Below are positions 37,900-52,600 of a stretch of DNA of 64,000 nucleotides, piece after piece. Source of the stretch: Ylistrum balloti (lineage: Eukaryota); contig NW_026782187.1 of the NCBI RefSeq assembly GCF_031769215.1, positions 124,001 through 188,000 on the forward strand, in the 5' to 3' direction. The notes under the pieces are model-generated. The model did no database searches, was not told the origin of the DNA, and saw nothing but the letters and a program-made list of their open reading frames with translations. The translations under genes were made by a program, and so were the position numbers. Position 1 is the stretch's first letter; the number at the start of each line of letters is the position of its first letter.

Positions 37900-38620
37900 G
37901 TCCTATTGGATACCAACCCTCTGTTCATAGGGGCTCAGCCAAACCATTCATGCTTCAGACCAAATTATTCCTACAGGAAAGTAGGATTTTAACGAATATG
38001 CCCAATTTCCTCCACTTGATCCTGCCCCGAGAGTCCTGACCCACCGTTTATACAAAATTGATTCTCCTTCCCCAAAAGATGTTTCAGACCAAATTTAGGT
38101 AAAATTCAATCATTCCTATAGAAGCATTTAAAAAAATTTGTCCCATTTCTCTAATTAGGCCCGGCCCCTTGCATCCCGGGGGGCTGGCACCCAATAATTA
38201 CACAAAACTGATTCCCCTTAGCCTAAACAATGCTCCGACCAATATTTGGGCAAAATCCAATCATTCCTACAGGAAAGAAGGATTTTGAAGAATATGCTTA
38301 TTTCCCGCATTGGGCTCCACCCCTCAAGACCTGTGGGGCCAATACCTACTGTTTATACAAAAAAAATGATTACATTTCTTCCAAGAATGTATCAGACCAA
38401 ATTTGGAGAAAATTCAATAATTCCTACAACAGTGGGAGGATTTTAAAGAATTTGCTCTTTTTACCCTTTTGAGCCCTACCCCTCAAGCCCCTTGGGGCTT
38501 GGATCCACCATTTATACAAATTTGTGTTTTTCTTCCCCAAGGATGCTTCTGACAAAATTTGGTTAAAATCGCATAGTCATTTAAGACTAGTATTAACTTG
38601 TAGTAAAAAGTTGATAGACA
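37900..38620. mobile_element. Dispersed about 130-bp-subunit repeat (also 47900-48600 and 15620-16560)
   Basis: Repeated cagaccaaattt / aatcattcctac / ccaccgtttatacaaa motifs. Confidence 0.6.
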
Positions 38621-39040
38621 GAGGGACAACAAATACCTTGTATGACAATAGAGATAAAAACGTTTTTTTGTGTGTTGTGTTGGTTTCATATGAGATTGAT
38701 AAAGCAAGTATTTAGAATTTTCTTTTAACAATGACCTCTGTTAAGGTAAAATGCAACTTTTTGACAATTCAGTTTCATTAATCAGATATGAAGAGAGTAC
38801 AAATTTTACATCCTTTTATGAGATAATAATTTTAACAAATATTTCAGAAAATGTGTTTTTTGCTCTCATTCCTGAAGATCTCTCATCTTTACATCTTATA
38901 ATACATGGCCCCTACTGAAACAACATAATGAAGTCTGTGCCATTCCTGTATGCTCTCCTGATGTCACAATAAACAGGGCTTTATTTCAGCAATCATGTGA
39001 TAGTTATCAATATAAGAAATGTACATCATGCATTTCGCAA

Positions 39041-42000
39041 CTCATTAATTATCTTTACGACTCCATAGTTATATTATCAATAATGACATGTATGTATTTA
39101 GCCATGTTCCACAAAAGTTCAACAACCCGAGACACAAAAACCTCTGAAAAGAATATACGTTGACCGACATTTGCGTTATTGAACCTAAAACATTCAAGTG
39201 AGTTCCTATGACACAATTCAACTCGAGACTTTATACTCTAACGAACACATTAATCTGAGAAACTATTTCGCGAGTCGAAAGCACGTAAAAACAACAATGC
39301 CGTTTTTATGTGACTAATAATAATAGTTTAAGCTAGTAGAACTGTTTTGTTGTATTGTTTCCAATAGGACAAAAATAATGTTATAATGTTGAAGAACCTT
39401 CTGGGTAAAATAAAATGAATAAGCAAACCAATCAAAACTATAGAAAAATGAAATTAAAAGTGAGAAAACTAAGATTTCATTTTGTCGTTTATTTTCTCAA
39501 GTAATATAATACTCTAAAACAACATCAAAAGATTCATTGTCTCTTTATGTTGTAGCATTATCATAATCATTCATCTCAGTTATCACATGAAAATGTACAG
39601 GTTAGCCGTTACTGAAATAACGGACGTTCTACCTTCACATCATCAAACCTTGGGCTGTTCATATTGCCCTAAGACAGGGTCAATCGTCCGTATGTGATCT
39701 GTCGTCCGTCATTAAACAATTCTTTTTAGAAATACTGTAGGGATATTTCTCAAACTTCATATGTAGAATTACCTATATCCCCAGCTGTGCCCACTACGGT
39801 CAGTGAATGAAAAAGGCCGACAGTTGGCCATCTTGGATTCTAATATTTGAAGTTTGTTATCGCTGTTTCTTGGAGTACCGATGGAATATTTCGCAAACTC
39901 AATGTGTAGGTTTATTAAAGTTTGAACATAACACATCCGCATTATCAACAGTTGATATTCTGACAAGGATACCTCAGAAAAAGATTGTGACTCAGTCACA
40001 CAATCATGCTGCACGTTACAAGATAATTAGCTCATTTCCTTCGGACAAAGACTCGTCAACAATGCGTTTTACACACATGAAGTAATTCAGGCATTTGTTG
40101 CGCAAGATTAGTTATAGGGTACGGTTCAAGTAAGATATGGGGAAAATTAATTTGTAATTGTTAGACTGTTGAGTTTAGTCATTTTATTATAAAGATAAAA
40201 ACATGTCGAAATCGAGATGATTAAACATTCTAAAACACCAGAGGTTCGATAGGAACATTGATGTATATGAATCCTTAGGTTTTAATGATAATGGAACTCC
40301 TCTACATAAAACAAATAAGCGTGTCCCTTTATCTATGTCAGATATATATCTAGCAGTCTGATTATTTTACAATATCCGGATATACTAACACTTAAAGTAC
40401 CATGTGCAATATCATCTAAAAGATATGAATATATTTTAAAACCATTCTTTTTTTCATAATTTCCTACATATATATCTTAGACCTGCTAACTAGTGATACG
40501 TAACAAAATCCATGTATCACAATATTTGAATAAAAATCTATTTGTTTATTTTTGATATTTATATCTATAAACGTACTGCAATAAAACAGACTCCCTTTTT
40601 TAAAGCCATACTATTTTGTTTACAAATAAACTTCTATTGTATTGGGGTGTAGAGTGCCACCGTTCTGACCACTATATCACAAATGATTTCCAGTAATTGA
40701 CGTAAAATTAGAACTTATAAATTATACACCGTACTTCCATAGACTCGATTCTAAAATTGTAAACAACATTTTCATTTTTTTTATTGGTCTTTTTTCTATA
40801 AATATTATAACCACTTAAAAAAACGGAAATAAAGAATGTCGCGTCGATCGTTGTGTGTTTTAACGGTTGAAGGCCCTAATGACCTTTTAAGTGTTTACGG
40901 GCCGTTAAGAATGTCATAATAATCGTCAAATTAAAAAAAATCAAGTTGTTTTTCTTGTAAATCAATAAAAATGTAAATAAATTCATTGTTTGTAACAGGA
41001 TATAAACAGATGAGTAAACAGAAGAGAAATGGTGAATCAAGATATAAGTTAAGGAGATGACCACGCTGGCGGAGATGAAGCGTATCTGGTTAGTACTGAC
41101 GATGGTATAGCCAAGACACGGTTAACAAACCCAACTCTGTGGGAATCACAGATATACAAGAGGCCCAATGGGCCTGCATCGTTCAACTGGTGTCCAACGT
41201 TCATCAAAAAATAGAATTGGTTTTCATCATAAATCATTGGCATTCAAAGTGGGCTCATCCAATCAATGTTAACTAGTTTCCACAACAATAGCTTCTAATA
41301 CTTAATTTTAACAATGACGTCTCCTTGATTATAGGTAAACTTTTATTTTTTGCTCACAATTTGTCGGGCTTTCACCTTTCCACAAAAGATCTAGCTTCTC
41401 GGACTTTTACAGGGTTTGAAAATTTGGCCCCTGTAACCTTGAATATAGTTCAGGATAATTTCTTTTTGGCAAAGTTTGTAACATGTATCACAGAGACCTT
41501 GCTACCAGCCAAATATTATGCTTCTGGGTCTTTTGGTGTGTCAGAAGAAGTTGTTTTGAGGTTACAACAAATTTGACCCCTATGACATTGAATAAGTGTC
41601 AAAATTATTTATATTTACAAAGTATCAACATTAAAATGTAAACAGTTGATTCATATTCATATATTAAACAGGTTTACGTCCGCTATTACGGCCTTTCAGC
41701 CTTGCATCAGAAAAGATAAAGTTGACAATTAGTTTATTCTGCATATAGACCAGTGTCTGTACACAGCTTACACGAGCAACTAAATATTAATTCTTTCATC
41801 TTGGTGTTCCATCTGTGTCTATGATAAAAAATCTCTCTCCCTCTCTCTCTACCCCCCTCTCTCTCTCTCCCTCTCTCCTCCCCCCTCCCTCTCTCTTTCT
41901 ACCCCCCCTCTCTCTTCTTGTTGTATCATTTTATGTGCATCTGCTATTTATATATAGAAACTTAATTCATTTCAACTTATCACTCTTGTTGTAAGTACGC

Positions 42001-45000
42001 GAGGGGTCTTACTATGGGGAAATCAGAGAAAACACATATCAGTTCAGGGAATCGCAGCCTATATATGTATATGTATTCATATATCTAAAAACAGTATTTA
42101 AATAGGCATGAATGAGACTATACTGTACATATATGTAAATAAGTTAGTGAAAGATACGTTATCACTTAAAAGTTATAATGTAGGTGACGTTTCCCTGAAC
42201 TTGATAGTATTGTATTGAAGTACTTCACCAATCTCCTTAAATTTATGCAACAAGCTCTCTGATTGGCAGAGCCAAGTCTAGTCCCCCAGGTGAAAAAATA
42301 CTGTGCAGACATCGGCATTTTACAAACACTCGACTGTCGCGAAGGTTAAAAAGTCCAAGTCACAGGTGGCTTCAAAATCGCTCTCCCTGTCTATGGTGAG
42401 AATCCACAATTACAAAAAAAAAATAATAGTAATAATAATAACAAAGAAAAAAAGGAAAACGAAAAAGGTTATTAAACTTTCAAAACTAAAATTTTATAGA
42501 TTTGTAATGAAATCACAGTTTTATTTAAAATTTAATGTTATTTTTTTGAAGAAAAAAAAAGGGTAAAGGTTATTGCTTTCAAAACTATTTATTTCATAGA
42601 TTTGTAATGAAATCATGAAAAGTTCACGGAAATGAATCACATTCCGTATGTTCAGTTCGCTTCAAAGTAACTAAGAGTTCTCCCAATTATTGTTGATATT
42701 GAGACAATACAAACTGTAGGTCGAAGGTCAATTAACTACGAGTTGTTTCCGAAATCTTTTATCATGTGACATTAAAACCAGTATTTAACATTTATATTAC
42801 TTCCCTGTACACGACTTCAAGTGAAAGTGTCCACTGTCATACTGAAGTGTTTGTCAATAATTCGTCGGGATATCGTCAGCGGTGTGAGGCATCTAACTGT
42901 AAATATAAGCAACTTCGAAAACGGAGTGAATACAATTTGAATGCTGAGACGCATTTACCCCAAACATCAATGAATGTAATATTTTTTGCAATATATGAAT
43001 GATTACTGTAAATCAACCTTGAATACAGTTAATTACATTTTGATATATATATATATCGATAAAATACAAACAGATTTTACTTATTTCACAATATATGATG
43101 TCCGTTTTGTACGTATCTTCTCGGAGTGACATTTTTCACAAGGGAATTGATGTCCGTTGTGTACGTATACCAACTCGGGGATGGAGACATTTTTCACAAG
43201 GGAATTTATACAAAAAGTGGATGGAGACTTTTTTCACAAGGGAATTGATGTCCATTGTATTAACAACTCGGGGATGAACGAAGAGACATTTTTCACAAGG
43301 GAATTGATGTCCGTTGTGCAAGTATACCAACTCGGGGATGCAGCCATTTTTCACAAGGGAATTGATACAACTCGGGGATGGAGACCTTTTTCACAAGGGA
43401 ATTGATGTCCATTGTGTACGTAGACCAACTCGGGGATGGAGACATTTTTCACAAGGGAATTGATACAACTCGGGGATGGAGACTTTTTTCACAAGGGAAT
43501 TGATGTCCGTTGTGTAAGTATTCAACTCGGGGTTGGAGACATTTTTCACAAGGGAATTGATGTCCATTGTGTACGTAGACCAACTCGGGGATGGAGACAT
43601 TTTTCACAAGGGAATTGATGTCCGTTGTGTACGTATACAACTCGGGGATGGAGACATTTTTCACAAGGGAATTAATGTCCATTGTGTACGTATACAACTC
43701 GGGGATGGAGACATTTTTCACAAGGGAATTAATGTCCATTGTGTACGTATACCAACTCGGGGATGGAGACATTTTTCACAAGGGAATTGATGTCCATTGT
43801 GTACGTATACAACTCGGGGATGGAGACATTTTTCACAAGGGAATTGATGTCCGTTGTGTACGTATACCAACTCGGGGATGGAGACATTTTTCACAAGGGA
43901 ATTAATGTCCATTGTGTACGTATACCAACTCGGGGATGGAGACATTTTTCACAAGGGAATTGATGTCCGTTGTGTACGTATACCAACTCGGGGATGGAGA
44001 CATTTTTCACAAGGGAATTGATACAACTCGGGGATGGAGACATTTTTCACAAGGGAATTGATGTCCATTGTGTACGTATACCAACTCGGGGATGGAGACA
44101 TTTTTCACAAGGGAATTGATGTCCATTGTGTACGTAGACCAACTCGGGGATGGAGACATTTTTCACAAGGGAATTGATGTCCATTGTGTACGTACACAAC
44201 TCGGGGATGGAGACATTTTTCACAAGGGAATTGATGTCCGTTGTGTACGTATACCAACTCGGGGATGGAGACATTTTTCACAAGGGAATTGATGTCCGTT
44301 GTGTACGTATACCAACTCGGGGATGGAGACATTTTTCACAAGGGAATTGATGTCCATTGTGTACGTATACAACTCGGGGATGGAGACATTTTTCACAAGG
44401 GAATTGATACAACTCGGGGATGGAGACATTTTTCACAAGGGAATTGATGTCCGTTGTGTACGTATACCAACTCGGGGATGGAGACATTTTTCACAAGGGA
44501 ATTGATGTCCATTGTGTACGTATACCAACTCGGGGATGGAGACATTTTTCACAAGGGGGATGGAGACATTTTTCACAAGGGAATTGATACAACTCGGGGA
44601 TGGAGACATTTTTCACAAGGGAATTGATGTCCATTGTGTACGTACACAACTCGGGGATGGAGACATTTTTCACAAGGGAATTGATGTCCGTTGTGTACGT
44701 ATACCAACTCGGGGATGGAGACATTTTTCACAAGGGAATTGATGTCCGTTGTGTACGTATACCAACTCGGGGATGGAGACATTTTTCACAAGGGAATTGA
44801 TGTCCATTGTGTACGTATACCAACTCGGGGATGGAGACATTTTTCACAAGGGAATTGATGTCCGTTGTGTACGTATACCAACTCGGGGATGGAGACATTT
44901 TTCACAAGGGAATTGATGTCCGTTGTGTACGTATACCAACTCGGGGATGGAGACATTTTTCACAAGGGAATTAATGTCCATTGTGTACGTACACAACTCG

Positions 45001-48000
45001 GGGATGGAGACATTTTTCACAAGGGAATTGATGTCCGTTGTGTACGTATACCAACTCGGGGATGGAGACATTTTTCACAAGGGAATTGATACAACTCGGG
45101 GATGGAGACATTTTTCACAAGGGAATTGATGTCCATTGTGTACGTATACCAACTCGGGGATGGAGACATTTTTCACAAGGGAATTGATGTCCGTTGTATA
45201 CGTATACAACTCAGGGATGGAGACATTTTTCACAATGGGATTGATACAACTCGGGGATGGAGACATTTTTCACAAGGGAATTGATGTCCATTGTGTACGT
45301 ATACAACTCGGGGATGGAGACATTTTCACAAGGGAATTGATGTCCGGGGATGAGATTTTTCACAAGGGAATTTGTATGTACGTTCAACTCGGGTATGGAG
45401 ACATTTTTCACAAGGGAATTGATGTCCACTGTCATACTTGGAGACATTTTTCACAACTCGGGGTGTGATGGAATTTTTCACAAGGGTACACAACTCGGGG
45501 ATGATCCGTTGTGTACGTACCAACTCGGGGATGGAGACATTTTTCACAAGGGAATGTCCGTTGTGAACGTATACCAACTCGAATGGAGACATTTTTCACA
45601 AAATGTCCATCAATGAACTCGGGGTAATACTTTGCAATATTGAATGACATTTTTCACAAGGGAATTGATGTCCTGTAAATATATGTGTATTTTCACAACT
45701 CGGAGTGAACATAACAATTTGGAGACATTTTTCACATGTCCATTGTTACGTATCAATATTTGGAGTACATTTTTCAAGGGAATTGATGTCCGTTGTGTAC
45801 GTATACCAACTCGGGGATGGAGACATTTTTCACAAGGGACTCATTTTTCACAAGGGAATTGATGTCCGTTGTGTGTATACCAACTCGGGGATGGGACCAT
45901 TTTTCATGTAATATATGACATTTTTCACAAGGGAATTGATGTCCATTGTGTACGTAGACCAACTCGGGGATGGATACATTATTCACAAGGGAATTGATGT
46001 CCGTTGTGTACGTATACCAACTCGGGGATGGAGACATTTTTCACAAGGGAATTGATGTCCATTGCTTCTTTTGTGTACGTATACCAACTCGGGGATGGAG
46101 ACATTTTTCACAAGGGAATTGATGTCCGTTGTGTACGTATACCAACTCGGGGATGGAGACATTTTTCACAAGGGAATTGATACAACTCGGGGATGGAGAC
46201 ATTTTTCACAAGGGAATTGATGTCCGTTGTGTACGTATACCAACTCGGGGATGGAGACATTTTTCACAAGGGAATTGATACAACTCGGGGATGGAGACAT
46301 TTTTCACAAGGGAATTAATGTCCATTGTGTACGTATACCAACTCGGGGTTGGAGACATTTTTCACAAGGGAATTGATGTCCATTGTGTACGTAGACCAAC
46401 TCGGGGATGGAGACATTTTTCACAAGGGAATTGATGTCCATTGTGTACGTACACAACTCGGGGATGGAGACATTTTTCACAAGGGAATTGATGTCCGTTG
46501 TGTACGTATACCAACTCGGGGATGGAGACATTTTTCACAAGGGAATTAATGTCCATTGTGTATGTACACAACTCGGGTATGGAGACATTTTTCACAAGGG
46601 AATTGTATACCAACTCGGGGATGGAGCCATTTTTCACAAGGGAATTGATACAACTCGGGTATGGAGACATTTTTCACAAGGGAATTGATACAACTCGGGG
46701 ATGGAGACATTTTTCACAAGGGAATTGATACAACTCGGGGATGGAGACATTTTTCACAAGGGAATTGATACAATTCGGGGATGGAGACATTTTTCACAAG
46801 GGAATTGATGTCCATTGTGTACGTAGACCAACTCACATCTAATAATGCTTACATGGAAAGGTACCAATTTTGGCCAGTTTTATCGTAACACTGTTATAGA
46901 CAAAAACTAATAATTTTGTAGCAAAAAGCATGACGTTAGTTTCATGATATAAAAATTGTCCGTTCGTCGGTCGTGAAGTTTGTCCGGAGATCTCTTAAAG
47001 CTGTCAGCGATCTCTTTCAAACAAGGTAGACTTAAATATACCACCATAATGTTGATATGAAGCTTTCTTGAACAACGTTTGGATTCGACTGTATTTGAGA
47101 TTATACAACCACAGTTACTGCCCTCTTTTTGATAATTTCATAATCTTATTATTTTTCACAGGGATCTCTGTTTTCAACTGATCTCTATTTCATGTGTTTA
47201 TAACTATAGTTCTGGACGGCGACTTCACTGAACAGTTCCTGGAGAAATTGACGTTTGTTTTCCCAATATTTTTGTAGGGAAATTTCTTCCAGTTTTAACT
47301 AATTTCTTTGAAGCACGGTACATTGTGTAACCACGATATGAAACTGTTATCCTGAATAGCAGTTTGATACAATTTTCGAATGACCTATAGTGTGTTTCAG
47401 CATTTAAATTTTGTCCAGACATCCCCTCCCTAAGTTTCTGACCTATCTCTTGGTACATTCTGTAAATATTAACGTCAATACATATATATATATAATTATG
47501 TTGCTTTCGTTCAAATTCGATAGTGCCTATTACAATGAAATTAGATTTTGTTTTCTCAGTGAAATGCTTTCATTTACATATTCATTAGAATACAATAATG
47601 GATTTGTCTGTGGCATGAGACAGACAAATAGTTCTGTTCTGTATTATAGTTCACTTGTTCCTTGCGTAATTTTGCATCATTGACCTCGTGGTAGAGATAT
47701 ATATTACAATGGTATTGAATCAGACTAAGAAAAAAGGATGAACTGTGAAACATGAGGGCTTTCATTTTCATCTTTAGATGTTTTACCACTTAAAAAAGGG
47801 CGTGTACAGCTAACCTGGCTATGTTCGGCTGAAATTGCTTCATTAGAATTAAAGAAAAAGGAAATCTAATTATTCATGTAAACAACACAAAACATATGTT
47901 GTCCTATTGGATACCAACCCTCTGTCCATAGGGGCTCAGACAAACCATTCATGCTTCAGACCAAATTATTCCTACAGGAAAGTAGGATTTTTAACGAATA

Positions 48001-49046
48001 TGCCCAATTTCCTCCACTTGACCCTGCCCCGAGAGTCCTGACCCACCGTTTATACAAAATTGATTCTCCTTCCCCAAAAGATGTTTCAGACCAAATTTAG
48101 GTACAATTCAATCATTCCTATAGAAGCATTTAAAAAAATTTGTCCCATTTCTCCAATTAGGCCCGGCCCCTTCCATCCCAGGGGGCTGGCACCCAATGTT
48201 TACACAAAAATGATTCCCCTTGGCCTAAACAATGCTCCGACCAATATTTGGGCAAAATCCAATCATTCCTACAGGAAAGAAGGATTTTGAAGAATATGCT
48301 TATTTCCCGTATTGGGCTCCATCCCTCAAGCCCTGTGGGGCCAATACCTACTGTTTATACAAAAAAATGATTACATTTCTTCCAAGAATGTATCAGACCA
48401 AATTTGGAGAAAATTCAATAATTCCTACAACAGTTGGAGGATTTTAAAGAATTTGCTCTTTTTACCCTTTTGAGCCCTATCCCTCAAGCCTCTTGGGGCT
48501 TGAATCCACCATTTATACAAATTTGTTTTTTCTTCCCCCAAGGATGCTTCTGACAAAATTTGGTTAAAATCGCAGTCATTTATGACTAGTATTGACTTGT
48601 AGAAAAAAGTTGATAGACAGATGGACAACAAATACCTTGTATGACAATAGAGATAAAAACGGGTTTTTTTTTTGTGTTGTGTTGGTTTCATATGAGATTG
48701 ATAAAGCAAGTATTTAGAATTTTCTTTTAACAATGACCTCTGTTAAGGTAAAATGCAACTTTTTGACAATTCAGTTTCATTAATCAGATATGAAGAGAGT
48801 ACAAATTTTACATCCTTTTATGAGATAATCAATAATTTTAACAAATATTTCAGAAAATGTGTTTTTTGCTCTCATTCCTGAAGATCTCTCATCTTTACAT
48901 TTTATAATACATGGCCCCTACTGAAACAACATAATGAAGTCTGTGCCATTCCTGTATGCTCTCCTGATGTCACAGTAAACCGGGCTTTATTTCAGCAATC
49001 ATGTGATAGTTATCAATATAAGAAATGTGCATCAAGCATTTCTCAA
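39041..49046 (+). repeat. Tandem segmental duplication, copy B (LINE-empty, satellite-expanded)
   Basis: Starts ctcatt directly after copy A; ends catttctcaa at 49046, matching catttcgcaa at 39040. Confidence 0.9.
43095..46834. repeat. 58-bp satellite gtccgttgtgtacgtataccaactcggggatggagacatttttcacaagggaattgat, 3.7 kb, with 57-bp and 40-bp variants
   Basis: Unit read directly; accounts for all ORF-track entries between 43095 and 46728. Confidence 0.95.
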
Positions 49047-49335
49047 GACCCCAGTGTCTTAATTAGACCGATCCATCAAAACATCACTACAACAAGATAG
49101 GAGCATGTTAATAATTTATTAGGGGTGAAATACATAGTACAAGTAAAATGAGATGAGGGCTGACATTTTCTAGTAGAGATTCATATTTTTACCCTCAATA
49201 AACAAAAATAGGGCCAGCTCATTCCACCTTTTGGTGTATCCATAGCCCTAGAGATATTACACTACAGTTTTCTAGTCCTTGTATCATTCATAGGTAAGTT
49301 TTCCTCTGGTAGGTCCTCTCCATATTGATAGATTT

Positions 49336-49667
49336 TTAGGCTCCGCCTGTGCATGCACTACAACCACATGATGTCGGCACCGTGTAGGTCTTGGCAAATG
49401 TTGTGCCATCAGTGCAATTCAATGTGACATTGCGTGTGATAGTGTGTTGAGGTTGACAGCAATTGCACTTGTTGTCAAAGCCACGCATCAGTGTTGTGTA
49501 CTTAGCACGTGACTGACAGTATCCAGAACATTCAGTGAGATCTTGGATAGGGGCAGAGTTCTGACATATGGTATTGTTTCTTGTAACCTTGAAAAACCCT
49601 ACCGTAGCAGCAGGCTGACCAAACATTAGACGTGGAGAACATTCTGAACACGTCTGACTAGCAGTGG
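49336..49667 (-). CDS. Mucin-like gene terminal exon: C-terminal cystine knot (CTCK)
   Basis: CSGYCQS...CNCCQP...LNCTDG...PTSCGCSAC; aataaa on the minus strand at 49120-49115. Confidence 0.92.
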
Positions 49668-52600
49668 CTAAAACAAAAAAAACAAATCTTATTCAACTAA
49701 CATTCATATACAAGTGATTTTAAGTCAACTTGCACTTGATTTGGATTCTTAGAAATCAAACATACTAAGGTCAGTCTTGTCCTAAGTCTTAGAAATCAAA
49801 CATACTTAGGTCAGTCTTGTCCGAAGTCTTAGAAATCAAACATGCTTAGGTCAGTCTTGTCCTAATTCTTAGAAATCAAACATGTTTAGGTCAGTCTTGT
49901 CCAAAGTCTTAGAAATCAAACATACTAAGGTCAGTCTTGTCCTAAGTCTTAGACATCAAACATGCTTAGGTCAGTCTTGTCCAAAGTCTTAGAAATCAAA
50001 CATACTTAGGTCAGTCTTGTCCGAAGTCTTCGACATCAAACATACTTAGGTCAGTCTTGTCCTAAGTCTTAGACATCAAACATGCTTAGGTCAGTCTTGT
50101 CCTAAGTCTTAGACATCAAACATGCTTAGGTCAGTCTTGTCCGAAGTCTTAGACATCAAACATGCTTAGGTCAGTCTTGTCCAAAGTCTTAGAAATCAAA
50201 CATACTAAGGTCAGTCTTGTCCGAAGTCTTGGACATCACACATGCTAAGATTAAACTTGTCAGAAGTTTAAGAAATTAAACATACTAAGTTTAGTCTTAT
50301 ACTATAGTATTATATGCGAATACTTAGAAATTTGCTAAGGTAATTAACTCTAGTCTGAAGTCAACTACATATCATTCATTCTGTGTTGATATTTTACTGA
50401 AAAAGCATCAAGGAAAACAAAACCAAATAGATAAAAATTCGTCTATAAACTTACCTCTAACAATGCAAGTTTTGCAACATCCAGTGCTGTCATATTTTGT
50501 CTGGTTCTGAAAAAAAAATTCAATAAAGAGAGAACTATTTTCTTGATGTTTACAAATAAAAAAGGACAATTTCTAATCTATGTTTGTCTTAATACATGTA
50601 CATATCAGATTTGTCAAAGCACTGCTGACACAGAACAAATACAATATGCTGTCTGTAAGTTTTTGCCCTGATAAATCACAAAATTTATCAACAATTCTGA
50701 ACAATAACATTTACAAATATATATACCCCAATGTGATTGACTTGTCTCGACCTATCTTTAAGCACAGGCTTGCCACAGGATAAACAGAGTATAAAGAAAA
50801 CTTTCATGAATTGTTTTCATGTTTTATTTATATAAAGCAAAATGATTTTTATTTAAATGTGCCATGGTCAGGCTACCTAACAGCAAGTTCCCTCTCAGAT
50901 TCCAGAAAGTATTATCAACTTACTCCTTGACATGTTGGCAAATTATCAGTGCGACAGTCCAGCTGGGTTTCACGAATCAGATAGCTGGCACTGTTCACAT
51001 CAAACTCGCATACTTTAGAGTAACATTGCTGAGCCCCTGGTATGGATTCTCCACCCTAAAATCATCGAATGTGAATACAAGGTATAGTCAAACCTGACCG
51101 TTAAAGGCAGGTGGTCTTCATAAAGAGGTTTAATTACAATGTGTAGTCTTATGTTTAGGCCTAAGAACCAGTAGCCTTTAAGGTCACTAGACAGATGATT
51201 GAAGCATGAAAGGCTGATATGACCGTGTCATTTCAATTTTACTTAATTCACACAATCCATGAATATAAATATCATAAATTATTAATTTTCTGATATGAAC
51301 ACTGTTGGGAATGAATGAATATTAAGAAATACAACAATGAGGTTAAAGAAATGACAGGAAAAAGGGAAATGAGAACAAGAATTGTAACTGATGTCCTGAA
51401 AACTTCTCATAATTGGATATCATCTCACATCATTGAGGCATACAAAACAAAATGTGTCACTTCCATTGTAAAGTTAACAAAATTGTTGAGATTATGATAT
51501 TGGTGACTGTTGTCCTTACCTTGTAGACTTGACCATTGGCAGCACAGCCAACAGACTTACATTGACCACAGCACTGGTCTGTAGCATTGACTCGTTCTTC
51601 TCCCTGTGAAACAAACATCAGATTGTTAGAGACATGTACATCATCATACAGTTCCTGGGCCATATATGACATCACAAAAACAGATTAAGTCAGACAAAAA
51701 TAAGTGATCACTTCTGTGATTTGATTGAAGAAAATCTCAACCCTCTAGGTAAGATTTTAAAAATCAGCACACAGCGAAATCTCTCTTTAAACTTTATAAA
51801 ATCTTACCGTAAGGATGAAATAACCTTGTCTACATCACTCTGTTGACAATGAATACTGAATCCTTTAGCATGAACAATCATGCACATTAAATGACTTACC
51901 AGTTTACAGTCAGGACATGTCTGCGTGTGACATATGGTCTCACTACTTTCATCGGTGCTTTCAAGGGTACACTGGCATGTTTTACACAGTCCATCTTTCC
52001 AGGTCTCTCCAACCTAAACAAGTATTAAAACTCAATCACTCTTTGTTGTCAAAGCACTTGCACTAAATCAGTTAGGCTGTGAGAGCTCAGCCAGCAGAGC
52101 ATCAAATTTTACAAGGTCAAGATATCCCTACCCAGAACAGTTAGCATGTCTGTCCTTACTGTCTGTAACAAAAGAGAGATAAGTGATGGTGACACACTGA
52201 CTTACATGGTATGTGATTGCATATGGTGTAGAGTTAGGTACGGCAGTTTCATTAACAAACTCCATTGTGTAGCGACAGATTTTCGGTTGCCGAGTGGGAA
52301 TAGGCTTGGGCACTGTAAACATATGATATAAAATTATACAGGAACATAAATAATGGCAAATCTTAAACTTACATATATATTGCTTATCTTAAAATAAACA
52401 GAATAATCCAAAATAGTCATCAGAATTGCCTAACTGACAGAATCGTTTGACTTATGCTGGTAACTTACCACAGGCATAACTTGTGCAATTACAGTCAGTT
52501 TCAATCATTGTGATGGTTGATCCTGAGCGACAAGTAGGACGAGTTGGGGTTGGACAGGAGGTCGGACATTCTGTAAACAACAAAGGAGAGATTGGAAAAT

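Larger units (their letters stand above)
26187..39040 (+). repeat. Tandem segmental duplication, copy A (contains the LINE)
   Basis: Colinear with 39041-49046 over about 6.3 kb once the LINE is removed; left edge aa|ctcatt, junction cgcaa|ctcatt. Confidence 0.9.

Noticed and set aside
26187-39040. Duplicated unit as a rolling-circle Helitron tandem
   Set aside because: No A|TC...CTRR|T termini, no terminal hairpin and no Rep/Hel ORF at the boundaries on either strand.
43095-46728. Dozens of 60-110-aa ORFs with repeated C/H motifs (HNGHQFPCEKCLHP)
   Set aside because: They are satellite translations; the zinc-finger-like appearance is coincidental and the 58-bp period is not a multiple of 3.
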